Shown here: piece after piece, positions 9,429 to 19,683 of the stretch
Numbering within the stretch: position 1 is the stretch's first letter
How the letters are laid out: every line of letters starts with the position of its first letter
Assembly: GCA_011364965.1 (NCBI GenBank)
Contig: RDOB01000005.1
Span: 64,001-128,000 of the forward strand
Reading direction: 5' to 3'
Length of the DNA stretch: 64,000 bases
Source: Candidatus Heimdallarchaeota archaeon
GTDB taxonomy: Archaea > Asgardarchaeota > Heimdallarchaeia > Hodarchaeales > Hodarchaeaceae
Translations under genes and position numbers: made by a program
The notes under the pieces: generated by a model
What the model was told of the DNA's origin: nothing
What the model saw: the letters and a program-made list of their open reading frames with translations, nothing else
The model's database searches: none

Positions 9429-11000
9429 GTGGTCGCAACATTCCTTCCTTTTATCGGTTTAACAATTGGTGCTCTAATAAAACAAGTCTTAGCGGATTAT
9501 ACTGCTGACATAGCAAAGAAGAAACTTGCAAATTCGTTTTTGATTGAAAGAATAGATGATAAACTCGAGAAAAAGCTTGGAAAAGATTATTTAAAGAAGA
9601 GGCTCTCTGATCATAATTTGGAACTGGTAAGAAAAGTTTTACATGAAGAATTAAGCGCATTTTCACCTCGAAAAGATATTGATCAACTAGTAGTTAATAG
9701 TTTGAGAGCCCTATCAGATGAGCATCAAGAAATATTATTACGATTGGATAATGTGGAATCACTGCTTGAGAAAATTGCAATCCCTTTGTCTTATACTGCA
9801 CGTAAAGAATTTGGCGATGAAGTACCAGAGGAATTACTATCAGGACTATTGGAAGGAAGTTTGAAGGGAACTGAGTCTTCAAAAAGAGTTTTATCGGAGT
9901 TAACGGAAAAGCAGAAAATTCCCGAAACATTAATGAATACGATTTCTGAATATCAATTTCTCTCTCGCATCACACAAGAGAACGAAACTGAAATCTCCAG
10001 ACTAGCAAAGAAATTTTCCAAATCTCCTGATGAGATAAATAACTTAAGTACCCTGATGGAAATTTCCACTCTATTAACAGGATCCGAGGAGAAAATCGAT
10101 AATATTGTCTCTGAATTTGTGTTCAAGTTAATAGCGGACGGGCTAGATAATGCATTAATTGAGGATTCCGTCATTTCTTTTTGTTTTCTTGTTCATCGAC
10201 TTGGAAAGATTGATTTACTCTCCCAAAGTGATAAATTGATTCTAAATTCATTTTTAAGGAAATCTTTAACGCATATCGATGACCCCACTCGAATGTTAGA
10301 AGCATATTTTCTCTTATCCTCAATGAATATGGTTTTTGATATTGACCAAGATTTCATTATAGATGTAGTAAAGGAGCACCAAAGACGAGGATTCGATTCT
10401 AGCCTACAGATGAAAGGACAGCTTAAAATCAACAATAAACTTGCAAGATTTCTAAAGAAAATTGGATTTAAATCCGCCTATAAAGCAGAAACATCCTTTA
10501 AGACGGTGAATTACCTCATTCGGAAACTAGAAAAACGGAAGTTTGCAAGGAGTACTCAACTACTTAAATTCCAGCTTGAAAGATTAACAAGTGAAATTAA
10601 CCTACTAATAATATTCTTTGAGAAACAGGAACCGACTAAAATTGATCTGACCGAGCTAATTGAGCTTCTTCAAACTCTTTTAGAGATATTAAATCAACCT
10701 AATATTTATAAACTCGATCTAGAGACCCAAAAACGAGTAGTTGAGACGATGGATGCTACTTGTTATCTTTATGATTTATGTGCAATACGAAATTCTTGGA
10801 ATTTACTAACAAATTACGAAATGAATGTTAAATCTGTTTATTCACCGACATTAGGTGAATATAAGCGAGTAACGAAAGATGAAGCGGCTTTTAATCTTTC
10901 ACTTAATGAGTACTCTCGTGATCGATTAAAAAAGATCGAACAAGATTTACCAAGCCCTCCTAAGAAGCCTATTAAGCAGAAAGTGAAAAGATCAGGGTAA
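9429..11000 (+). CDS. Hypothetical alpha-helical protein
   Basis: 523-aa ORF rich in Leu/Glu/Lys with a hydrophobic N-terminal helix; no catalytic motif recognised. Confidence 0.65.
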   Translation: MVATFLPFIGLTIGALIKQVLADYTADIAKKKLANSFLIERIDDKLEKKLGKDYLKKRLSDHNLELVRKVLHEELSAFSPRKDIDQLVVNSLRALSDEHQEILLRLDNVESLLEKIAIPLSYTARKEFGDEVPEELLSGLLEGSLKGTESSKRVLSELTEKQKIPETLMNTISEYQFLSRITQENETEISRLAKKFSKSPDEINNLSTLMEISTLLTGSEEKIDNIVSEFVFKLIADGLDNALIEDSVISFCFLVHRLGKIDLLSQSDKLILNSFLRKSLTHIDDPTRMLEAYFLLSSMNMVFDIDQDFIIDVVKEHQRRGFDSSLQMKGQLKINNKLARFLKKIGFKSAYKAETSFKTVNYLIRKLEKRKFARSTQLLKFQLERLTSEINLLIIFFEKQEPTKIDLTELIELLQTLLEILNQPNIYKLDLETQKRVVETMDATCYLYDLCAIRNSWNLLTNYEMNVKSVYSPTLGEYKRVTKDEAAFNLSLNEYSRDRLKKIEQDLPSPPKKPIKQKVKRSG

Positions 11001-11176
11001 AATCGCTTGATTTTTCCAAAATCAGCAATTTAGAGGAAATGATTTCTTAAGCTTGATTTTTAGAGCATTCTTGATATTTGATCTCATCAAAATGAATATA
11101 TTTTTAACAACCATTATAGGAAAAAAACGTAAACGAAATTTATTATCTTCTCTCTAATAAAACTGAAATACCAAAA

Positions 11177-12295
11177 TTGTTAAACCATCGGGGCGATGCC
11201 TTCTTCAAAATCATTGAGAAAAGTGTAATCGTTACACCTGAAGATATTTTCCCAGCTCGGTGTGAATCAATGCTAATTAATGGAATCGTATTGTCAGTAA
11301 TGGCTGATACAGGTCCTGTAACTGAGATAAATCTTTCAAAGTTAGATGAAACAAGTACGATGAAGCTTTCGATAAGTTTAATGACTGCTCTTGGTCTCGG
11401 GGAAAGCCAAGATCAGCTAAATCAACTTCATGGATCATTTCCAGTTCCAGGTAGAAAAGAATTAGCATTAGCATTCCCTTTCACAGTTGCGGGTGAAACT
11501 TCTAGCGATCCCCGTATTCAAGCGTCAGGAAGATACTGTACATTATTCCTCTTATTCACAAGAGAAAATAAGACTCGTATTTTATCATTCCATGGATTAA
11601 TCGAACAGATACTCGGAAATAGATTAAGATCGGTAAGAAAACAAGAAGAATTAGATATTAATTTAATGAAAGAAATATATACAGAGCTTGAGAGTCTAAT
11701 AAAGACTCGTGAGGGACAAAGTCCCCCTATTGCTATCAAGCAATCATCAGCAAATCTAGAACAACTTCGTGTCGACCAAGAAAAGCAACAGATATTATCT
11801 AGCCTTATAAGAGACATAACCCAGGTACAGACTTCACTCACAAGACTCTTAGACGAATTAATGGTCTTTACTGATACTCCAGTTCTTGAAGGTGCTTTTT
11901 ATATGCGTCCAAATATCCGGCCCGAGGAATTTCTAAAAATCTTACCTCTCATTGTACGATATGAGAAAATCCTCAGTCGTTTGGATGGGGAAGATCTCGG
12001 AACTGTTAGAGAGATTGTAGAGATATCAACTCTTGTACGAGTTGGAAATCTCTTTTATTGGAAAGCAATAAGCTCTCAACAGACTTTAGAATATGAGAAG
12101 GCAATAGAGTTTTATATACGAGCTAATCAATTAAAAGATGATTCTATATTATATTTAACAATAGGATCTATCTATAGAAAACTTTCTCGGTCCGAGGAAG
12201 CAAAAGATTGGATTGAAGGGGGATTCTCGCGAATGAGGAAAAGAGGAGAATCTATTAGAATTTCAAGAAATATGCTCTTTGGCGATATTAAATAA
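11177..12295 (+). CDS. Putative uDENN/longin-like domain plus C-terminal TPR protein
   Basis: N-terminal IVLSVMADTGP...HGSFPVP...AFPF...DPR...GRY pattern. C-terminal TPR-like YEKAIEFYIRA...YLTIGSIYRKL...EEAKDW. Likely start MLING. Confidence 0.55.
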   Translation: MLNHRGDAFFKIIEKSVIVTPEDIFPARCESMLINGIVLSVMADTGPVTEINLSKLDETSTMKLSISLMTALGLGESQDQLNQLHGSFPVPGRKELALAFPFTVAGETSSDPRIQASGRYCTLFLLFTRENKTRILSFHGLIEQILGNRLRSVRKQEELDINLMKEIYTELESLIKTREGQSPPIAIKQSSANLEQLRVDQEKQQILSSLIRDITQVQTSLTRLLDELMVFTDTPVLEGAFYMRPNIRPEEFLKILPLIVRYEKILSRLDGEDLGTVREIVEISTLVRVGNLFYWKAISSQQTLEYEKAIEFYIRANQLKDDSILYLTIGSIYRKLSRSEEAKDWIEGGFSRMRKRGESIRISRNMLFGDIK

Positions 12296-12316
12296 AAAAG
12301 TGATAGAGAAGTTATT

Positions 12317-13558
12317 TCAATCTCTATTTCGTTTTTGGGGTAAGCTGTTCTCATTGGGTTTTGCAAAACCCATTTCTTTTGCCAGTTCCATGAAAGGGAG
12401 AACCATTTGCGCAATAGATCGATAAGCATCCTGTCCTTCTCCAAGAAGAATCATTTTGTCAACATCGATATTCTTAAATATTTCAGGAAGTATATCAATA
12501 GTTTTAAGTTGAATATACTTTTCATCAGCTTGACTGAGAGCTTTTGCTTGTTCTAAAATACCTTCGGCCAACGCTATCTGTGTTTGTCTAATTTTAGCTG
12601 CTTCTCCTTCTGCTTCCGCCAACAGTCGATCCTTTCGGGCTAATGCTTCTTGCCGTATTCGCTCTGCTTCTACTCCTACTTCCTGTGTTACCCGCAAGAA
12701 CTTCTCTGCTTCTGCTTGTATTTGTTTTTGCTTTCTTTCAGTTTCTGCTGCAATAACTGCTCGTTCTTGCTCTAATTCCGCTATTTTTATTTCACGATCT
12801 TTGGCTTTTCTTTCAATAGATAACTTTACTTCTTGATCAGATTGTCCAGTTTTTTGTTTTACTTCCAAATTTCGTAGTTGAACTAGTTCTTCCATCTCAG
12901 CTTGACGTAACTGGGCTCTCTGTGATTCCTCAATTTTTTTAACTGCCTCTAAATTATCTTTAAGTCGTCTATCAAGAACCTCAACATCTCTGATTTCTAC
13001 TGATTCTACTGTAATACCCCAATCACCTGCAAGAGCATGTAGTTCACTTGTAACGTTTTTTATAATTTCTATACGATTACGGATAATCTGCTCGATTTTC
13101 ATATTTGCACATGTTGTCCTGATAATGGCTTCAGTTGCATTTTTTATTGCTTTTTCTATATAATCAGATCTTTGTGGATTCCAACTTACTTTAGAAAACG
13201 ATACTTCAGGATCGGAGACTCTCCAGTAAACAAAAGCAGTAAGTGCCACATCCTGGTACTCATATGATACTACTTTCTCTTTTGCTTCCAGTAAAGTTTG
13301 TTGAACGGTGGTGGGAATGACAATGACTTCATCAAATATTGGCCACAAAATAACAGTACCACCAGTGCCTGCTCGTTTAATTTTACCGCGCCTAAAGTGT
13401 ATCACATATTCATTAGTTTTGTATTTTCGATAACGCGAAACATAGAAAATTATAAACATTAAAACTAGCACAAATACTAGTACAAAAGCTAACCAAAGGC
13501 TATCCAGTAGGATATTGCCCGTTTGTAGGAAAATAAAATTTTGCACTTTATCTTTCAC
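12317..13558 (-). CDS. SPFH/band 7 flotillin-like protein
   Basis: N-terminal TM helix, SPFH domain (WGITVESVEIRDVEV) and an AEAE-rich flotillin coiled coil. Confidence 0.9.
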   Translation of the reverse strand: MKDKVQNFIFLQTGNILLDSLWLAFVLVFVLVLMFIIFYVSRYRKYKTNEYVIHFRRGKIKRAGTGGTVILWPIFDEVIVIPTTVQQTLLEAKEKVVSYEYQDVALTAFVYWRVSDPEVSFSKVSWNPQRSDYIEKAIKNATEAIIRTTCANMKIEQIIRNRIEIIKNVTSELHALAGDWGITVESVEIRDVEVLDRRLKDNLEAVKKIEESQRAQLRQAEMEELVQLRNLEVKQKTGQSDQEVKLSIERKAKDREIKIAELEQERAVIAAETERKQKQIQAEAEKFLRVTQEVGVEAERIRQEALARKDRLLAEAEGEAAKIRQTQIALAEGILEQAKALSQADEKYIQLKTIDILPEIFKNIDVDKMILLGEGQDAYRSIAQMVLPFMELAKEMGFAKPNENSLPQKRNRD

Positions 13559-13578
13559 CTTTTAAATAATATTACATT

Positions 13579-14364
13579 TTAGTCCCATTTTATGCTACCT
13601 TCGGGAATAGGCCTTTCTTTACTATCCGAGGACGGCCATTCATCGATAATTAGAATATTTCCTTTGATATCTGCAACATAGGCAGTCATATCTTTTGCAA
13701 TTACTCCATATTTAGTTTTAGCAGCCATTTTGCTTGGCCCATGAATCGAGGAAGTCTTTATTAATACTAGTCCCCCTTGAATGTCAACATTCGTTAAAGT
13801 TTTTACTTGGTCATCAACTTTAATGGTTTGTAGAGCAGTTTCATATATTTCTTCAACTGCAAGTTTACCCCAAGCCTTTGAAGTAACGTATGTAACCCCA
13901 ATAGGTAGGATTATTATTATTACGATTGATAAGATTGGGTTTAAACCAGAATCAAGAAAAATCATGCCAGATCCTCCAAAAGTGATCATAAATGTTCCCA
14001 AGAGGAGCATGAGAGGAGTAGGAGTGGTTGAACTAATATCGTGACTGATATCTTTATCAATCCCAACATCTTTATCGATATGAAAACTTAAATCTTTATC
14101 CAGTCCAATGCTAACATCACTATCAACATCTACATCCATATCGGCATCAATATCAACATCTGAATCGATTTCTATTCCAGCATGGTCAATTGAGACATCA
14201 TGACCTAGATCATGATCAAAGTCAGCATCATGATCAAATAAGTGGCTACCTTGTACAAACAATGTAAGAAAGAATATGATTAGACCAGAAATAAGACTTC
14301 CAAAGCAAATTTGCTTCAAGATATAGATAAATAACTCTAAATTGACCATTGCCATGACTCTCAA
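13579..14364 (-). CDS. NfeD/YuaF-like membrane partner of flotillin, with Asp/His-rich loop
   Basis: TM helices, a DHD/DxD low-complexity loop and an OB-fold-like C-terminus; directly upstream of the SPFH gene, the usual gene pair. Confidence 0.75.
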   Translation of the reverse strand: MRVMAMVNLELFIYILKQICFGSLISGLIIFFLTLFVQGSHLFDHDADFDHDLGHDVSIDHAGIEIDSDVDIDADMDVDVDSDVSIGLDKDLSFHIDKDVGIDKDISHDISSTTPTPLMLLLGTFMITFGGSGMIFLDSGLNPILSIVIIIILPIGVTYVTSKAWGKLAVEEIYETALQTIKVDDQVKTLTNVDIQGGLVLIKTSSIHGPSKMAAKTKYGVIAKDMTAYVADIKGNILIIDEWPSSDSKERPIPEGSIKWD

Positions 14365-14858
14365 GCTTTAAGTAACCTTTGTACTTTTTATATATTATGA
14401 TGTCAGAACCTTAACGACAATCTTCTAAGGAGAATAAGGCGCATTTTAAAAATATATAAGGGTAAGTAAGTTTATTACGAAAAAATCAATAAATTATTGA
14501 AATATATTATTCAAAATATCTTAGTTTCATACTAAGTAGGATCTGGAAAAGACTGAACAACGCTTTCGTGAAATAGTGGGAGATTTTAGTATTATAGAAA
14601 TTTTTAAGACTTAATTATTGAAGTTTTGTCAAATAAAGGTGATTGAGAAGATATAATGACCTACCCATCTAGATCATAGGGGTGAACGTTATTTTCCCGA
14701 TACCTTCTTAAAGGAGGAAATAAACCTATTATACCGGCAATAAGCTAAAAATCTTTATTATTCGAAGGTAAATCTACGTAGGTTGGTAAAAAAGCAACAT
14801 TTCTATGTGAGTTAGGATACTCTCTGTAACAGATAGATGTCCAGAATCAGGGATCATT

Positions 14859-16550
14859 ATGTTTAAACGAATCCTCATCGCAAATAGAGGAGAAATTGCG
14901 AACCGTATTATTGCTGCAGCTCAAGAGATGGGCATTGAAACTGTCGCAATCTATTCTGATGTCGATGAGGATGCTGTACATGTACATGCAGCTGATTTTT
15001 CATATCCACTAAAGGGAAATACTCCATCTGATAGTTATCTCAATATGGAGAAGATTATTAAGATAGCAAAAGAAAGTAAATCCGAAGCAATCCATCCTGG
15101 ATACGGATTTCTTTCTGAGAACTCTGTTTTTGCACAAAAGGTATGGGATGCTGGAATAGTCTTCATTGGTCCTACTCCTAAAGCGATATATGCTGTTGGA
15201 GATAAAATTCAAGCTAAACGAACGATGAAAGCTGCAGGCATACCTGTAATTCCTGGTTACCATAAAGGATCTCGTAATAAAAAATTTCTTCTGAAAAAAG
15301 CTCAAGAAATTGGATTTCCTATAATAATTAAGGCAACAGCTGGAGGAGGAGGAAGAGGAATGAGAATCGTAAATTCTGAAGAAGAGTTCCCTTCCGCGTA
15401 TGAAAGTGCCAAGCGTGAAGCAAAAGGGGCCTTTGGTAAAGGGGATGTCTTCCTCGAAAAGTATTTTTCCCATATTAGGCATATCGAATTTCAGATATTA
15501 GGAGATAGCTTTGGAAATATTATCCATCTAAATGAACGTGAATGTTCTATTCAACGAAGACACCAGAAAATCATTGAAGAAACCCCATCAACGGCTTTAA
15601 CAGGTGAATTGAGACAAAAAATGGGCGAAACCGCCATTGCTGCCGCTAAAGCCGTGAATTATTCTAATGCTGGTTCAGTTGAATTTGTATTAGATGATAG
15701 AAATAATTACTACTTTTTAGAAATCAATGCCCGACTCCAAGTAGAACATGCAATAACTGAAGCTACAACAGGAATCGATCTTGTTAAATGGCAAATTAAA
15801 ATCGCAGCTGGTCAAGAGCTTACTATTAACCAAGAAGATGTTGTTGGAAGGGGTCATGCTTTTGAATTTCGGATTTATGCTGAGAGTCCTGAAAATCAAT
15901 TTATGCCAGCTGCAGGGAAAATTTATCAAGTTCAGGTACCAGTTGGGGTAAATATAAGGAACGATCTGGGAATTCCTACATCTGGAGGTAATGTTTCAAC
16001 CTACTATGACCCAATGATTGCGAAGCTTATCGTTCATGCCGAAACACGCGATGAAGCTATACAAAAAATGCAATGGGCATTAAGAAATTATACTGCTCAA
16101 GGAATTCCCACAAATATTAACTTCTTAAAAGAAATTTTACTGCACAAAGAATTTCTCAATGGTAATACTCATACAAATTTTGTAGAACAATACTTTTCTG
16201 AGTGGAAAGGAGAAGAAAAGGAAACTCCTTATCAAGTATTACTTGCTGCGGCTCTTTTTGAAGTAATGGAGCCATTTATGAGTGCAGGTTCGGAATTTTC
16301 GGCAATGGTTGCACCTAATAGTATTGATCCCCATTCTCCATGGCAAAAGGTCGGGATGTGGGGACGTGAAAGTCTTGATGTTGTATCTGGTAAACTTTCT
16401 GGTACTTTAGGAAAGGGTAAGAAGGCATTCAAGAAAATTTTACCCAAAGTTGACGATATTCATTCATCGTTTCTTCCTGAAGATCCCTATTCCCCTTGGC
16501 GGAGTATTGGTTTTTGGGAACATGGAAAAACCCCGAAACGAAAACTCTAG
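14859..16550 (+). CDS. Biotin carboxylase subunit (3-methylcrotonyl-CoA carboxylase alpha-type)
   Basis: ILIANRGEIA, HPGYGFLSEN, GGGGRGMR, ERECSIQRRHQK, EINARLQVEH, YYDPMIAKL. Confidence 0.95.
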   Translation: MFKRILIANRGEIANRIIAAAQEMGIETVAIYSDVDEDAVHVHAADFSYPLKGNTPSDSYLNMEKIIKIAKESKSEAIHPGYGFLSENSVFAQKVWDAGIVFIGPTPKAIYAVGDKIQAKRTMKAAGIPVIPGYHKGSRNKKFLLKKAQEIGFPIIIKATAGGGGRGMRIVNSEEEFPSAYESAKREAKGAFGKGDVFLEKYFSHIRHIEFQILGDSFGNIIHLNERECSIQRRHQKIIEETPSTALTGELRQKMGETAIAAAKAVNYSNAGSVEFVLDDRNNYYFLEINARLQVEHAITEATTGIDLVKWQIKIAAGQELTINQEDVVGRGHAFEFRIYAESPENQFMPAAGKIYQVQVPVGVNIRNDLGIPTSGGNVSTYYDPMIAKLIVHAETRDEAIQKMQWALRNYTAQGIPTNINFLKEILLHKEFLNGNTHTNFVEQYFSEWKGEEKETPYQVLLAAALFEVMEPFMSAGSEFSAMVAPNSIDPHSPWQKVGMWGRESLDVVSGKLSGTLGKGKKAFKKILPKVDDIHSSFLPEDPYSPWRSIGFWEHGKTPKRKL

Positions 16551-16567
16551 TCTGACTGGGAAATAAT

Positions 16568-17095
16568 ATGAGTGAAAATTTCACCTTTGAAAAAGGTAAT
16601 CGCCGATTTATGGTTCGCTTACGTCGCGATGAAGAAACTAATTCATATTTTGCCATTATTCAAGAAGAAGATGGGTCAGAGAAAGAGATACAGGTCACTG
16701 CTAAAGTTTTAGGTGTTGGTCAATTTCAATTTACACTTGAAAATATTATCTACAAGTGTTCTGTAGCTAAAGACGGGAATATTAGGTTTATTCATCTAGA
16801 TGGCCATGATTATCAATTAACTCGCGTTACAGATCTAACAGAAGATTTTGAAGAAACTATAGAGGAAGGAGGACTTACCAGTCCAATGCCAGGACGAATT
16901 ATCAAATTATTGGTAAAAGTGGGCGATAAAATCAAGAAAGGACAGGAACTTTTGGTAATCGAAGCCATGAAAATGGAAAATAAGGTATCAGCTCCATTTG
17001 ATGGATTTATTGAGGCTATTTATTATAAGAATGGGGATCAGGTAGAAGCAAACGTTCCATTAATGGAAATCATTCAGTCAGATAATCCCAAATAA
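16568..17095 (+). CDS. Biotin carboxyl carrier protein with N-terminal BT-like domain
   Basis: SPMPG and the biotinylation motif EAMKME. Confidence 0.92.
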   Translation: MSENFTFEKGNRRFMVRLRRDEETNSYFAIIQEEDGSEKEIQVTAKVLGVGQFQFTLENIIYKCSVAKDGNIRFIHLDGHDYQLTRVTDLTEDFEETIEEGGLTSPMPGRIIKLLVKVGDKIKKGQELLVIEAMKMENKVSAPFDGFIEAIYYKNGDQVEANVPLMEIIQSDNPK

Positions 17096-17233
17096 CAAAT
17101 AGAAGGAAATTAGAACCTTCTGCCTTCTCATAATCAATTTTTATTGCATTGACTTTATTTTTTCAGAGAAGAAAAATCCATAAATTATCATATGAAACTC
17201 TCTAAACTGCGTTGTTAAGATGAGGATGTTCTG

Positions 17234-18838
17234 ATGGCTATTTTAAAATCCAAAGTCGATGTAAAATCGAAAGAATATATGGAGAATTGGGAGTATTATC
17301 AGACAGTGTTGAAACAGCTTCGCGAAACACTTGAAAGAGTGCGGGAGGGTAATCCAAAAGCTCTGGAAAAACATCTAGAAAGAGGAAAAATTCCCGCTAG
17401 ACAACGAATTAAAATGGTTTTAGATCCAGACACTCCATTCATGGAATTAAGTCCATTAGCTGCATTAGGGTTATATAATGATGATGCTCCCTATGCTGGC
17501 ATTGTTACAGGGCTTGGTATGGTATCTGGAAGGGAAGTGATGTTCATTGCTAATGATGCTACAATTAAGGGTGGAACTTATTTTCCTATGACCGTTAAAA
17601 AGCATCTTAGGGCACAAGAGATAGCAGAAGAGAATTACTTACCCTGTGTATATCTAGTTGACTCTGGTGGAGCTTTTCTCCCTCTTCAAGCTGAAGTGTT
17701 TCCTGATAGAGAGCATTTTGGCCGAATTTTTTATAATCAGGCACAAATGTCAGCTAAGTCTATTCCTCAAATAAGTGTTGTAATGGGGTCATGTACAGCG
17801 GGTGGCGCATATGTTCCTGCTATGAGTGACGAAACAGTTATAGTCAAGGGTACAGGAACTATTTTCCTAGGCGGACCACCATTAGTGAAAGCAGCTACAG
17901 GGGAGGAAGTCTCAGCTGAGGATTTAGGAGGGGCAGATGTACACTGCCGTACTTCTGGTGTAGCAGATCACTATGCTACGAATGATGACCATGCTTTACG
18001 AATTACTCGGAATATAATTGAGCATCTAAATCTTCCTCCCAAAACAAAGGTAGATGTCCGTAATCCGGAATCACCTTTGTATGAAATCAGCGAAATTTAT
18101 GGAATCCTCCCTAAAGATCCAAAACAAGCTTATGATGTCCATGAAATTATTGCTCGGTTGGTCGATGGTTCACGTTTTCATGAATTCAAAGCTTTATATG
18201 GAGCTACACTAGTCTGTGGTTTTGGCTGGATTATGGGATATCCTGTGGGAATATTAGCAAATAATGGAGTTCTTTTTTCTGAAAGCGCACTGAAGGGTAC
18301 TCATTTCATAAATTTATGCACCCAGCGTAAACTTCCTTTGATCTTCCTTCAAAATATTACTGGCTTTATCGTAGGTAAAGATGCTGAATCCGGAGGTATA
18401 GCAAAAGATGGAGCAAAATTAGTAATGGCTGTAAGTAATGCCCAAGTACCAAAAATCACAATTATAATTGGAGGTAGTTTTGGAGCTGGCAATTATGGTA
18501 TGGCTGGTCGTGCTTATTCACCTCGCTTTTTGTTTATGTGGCCAAACGCTCGAATCTCCGTTATGGGAGGAGAACAGGCAGCAAATGTACTTGCTACCGT
18601 TAAGGAAGCTCAATTAGAATTGCAAGGAGAACAAATAACACCAGAATTGAGGGAGAAAATAATGGCCCCTATTCTTAGAAAATATGATGAAGAATCAAGT
18701 GCATATTATTCTACTGCAAGATTATGGGATGATGGAATAATTGATCCTGTAGATACTCGAATAATTTTGGCTTTGTGCATATCTGCGACCTTGAATGCAC
18801 CGATACCTGAAACAAAATATGGTGTATTTCGTATGTAG
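17234..18838 (+). CDS. liuB: 3-methylcrotonyl-CoA carboxylase carboxyltransferase (beta) subunit
   Basis: [55 protein letters not shown]. Confidence 0.92.
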   Translation: MAILKSKVDVKSKEYMENWEYYQTVLKQLRETLERVREGNPKALEKHLERGKIPARQRIKMVLDPDTPFMELSPLAALGLYNDDAPYAGIVTGLGMVSGREVMFIANDATIKGGTYFPMTVKKHLRAQEIAEENYLPCVYLVDSGGAFLPLQAEVFPDREHFGRIFYNQAQMSAKSIPQISVVMGSCTAGGAYVPAMSDETVIVKGTGTIFLGGPPLVKAATGEEVSAEDLGGADVHCRTSGVADHYATNDDHALRITRNIIEHLNLPPKTKVDVRNPESPLYEISEIYGILPKDPKQAYDVHEIIARLVDGSRFHEFKALYGATLVCGFGWIMGYPVGILANNGVLFSESALKGTHFINLCTQRKLPLIFLQNITGFIVGKDAESGGIAKDGAKLVMAVSNAQVPKITIIIGGSFGAGNYGMAGRAYSPRFLFMWPNARISVMGGEQAANVLATVKEAQLELQGEQITPELREKIMAPILRKYDEESSAYYSTARLWDDGIIDPVDTRIILALCISATLNAPIPETKYGVFRM

Positions 18839-18856
18839 AAAGGGACCGAGATTCAA

Positions 18857-19654
18857 ATGGAAAATTATGACACAATTTTAACTGAGCAGATAAATCATAT
18901 AGCTCGAATCACTCTAAATAGAGTACAGGTACATAATGCCTTCAATCCAACAATGATTGAGGAGCTAACCTCTGTTTTTAAACAACTGGGAAATGATTTA
19001 TCTATACGGGCGATAATTTTAACTGGAGCAGGAAAATCATTTTCTGCAGGCGCTGATCTAAACTACATGAAATCAACCAAAGATTATTCTTTGGAAGAAA
19101 ACCAAGAGGATGCATTTCGATTAGAACAATTATTTTACACGATTTATACCACTCCTAAACCAGTTATTGCGAGGATAAATGGAGCAGCGTTTGGAGGGGG
19201 AGTGGGACTTATTTGTGCATCTGATATAGCAATATCGGTTGAAACAGCCAAAATGGCATTTTCCGAGGTCAATTTGGGTATTATGCCTGCAGTGATATCT
19301 CCTTATGTAATTCCGAAGATAGGTATGGCCAATACTACGAGATACTTCCTAACCGGAGAAATTTTTAATGCGATAAAAGCTAAAACCATGGGATTAATTC
19401 ATGAAACAACAAAGGATCATTCAGAGCTTGATAAAAAGATTCAGGAGATCATCAACCATATATTTTCCAGTAGCCCTTTGGCAATGACTGCTATAAAGCA
19501 ATTACTAGTAAAAAATCGTGATAGTGACTTTCAAACAGTCAGGAAATATTGTATTGAAAAAATTGCTGAAATTCGAACCTCTGATGAAGGTAAGGAAGGA
19601 TTGAATGCGTTTTTAGAGAAACGCTCTCCCAAATGGAAAATAGAGAATTGGTAA
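18857..19654 (+). CDS. liuC: Enoyl-CoA hydratase family, probable methylglutaconyl-CoA hydratase
   Basis: HNAF, FSAGADL, GAAFGGGVGL, SEVNLGIMPAVISPY; adjacent to MCC. Confidence 0.8.
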   Translation: MENYDTILTEQINHIARITLNRVQVHNAFNPTMIEELTSVFKQLGNDLSIRAIILTGAGKSFSAGADLNYMKSTKDYSLEENQEDAFRLEQLFYTIYTTPKPVIARINGAAFGGGVGLICASDIAISVETAKMAFSEVNLGIMPAVISPYVIPKIGMANTTRYFLTGEIFNAIKAKTMGLIHETTKDHSELDKKIQEIINHIFSSSPLAMTAIKQLLVKNRDSDFQTVRKYCIEKIAEIRTSDEGKEGLNAFLEKRSPKWKIENW

Positions 19655-19683
19655 GATTAATCCCAAAGGTTTTGTTATAAAAG

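Noticed and set aside
14040-14240. Tandem DNA repeat or CRISPR-like array
   Set aside because: Imperfect ATC-rich periodicity from Asp-rich coding sequence; no repeat-spacer structure.
14365-14858. Leu-rich leader peptide before the leucine catabolism genes
   Set aside because: The short ORFs I could read here have no BCAA codon runs.
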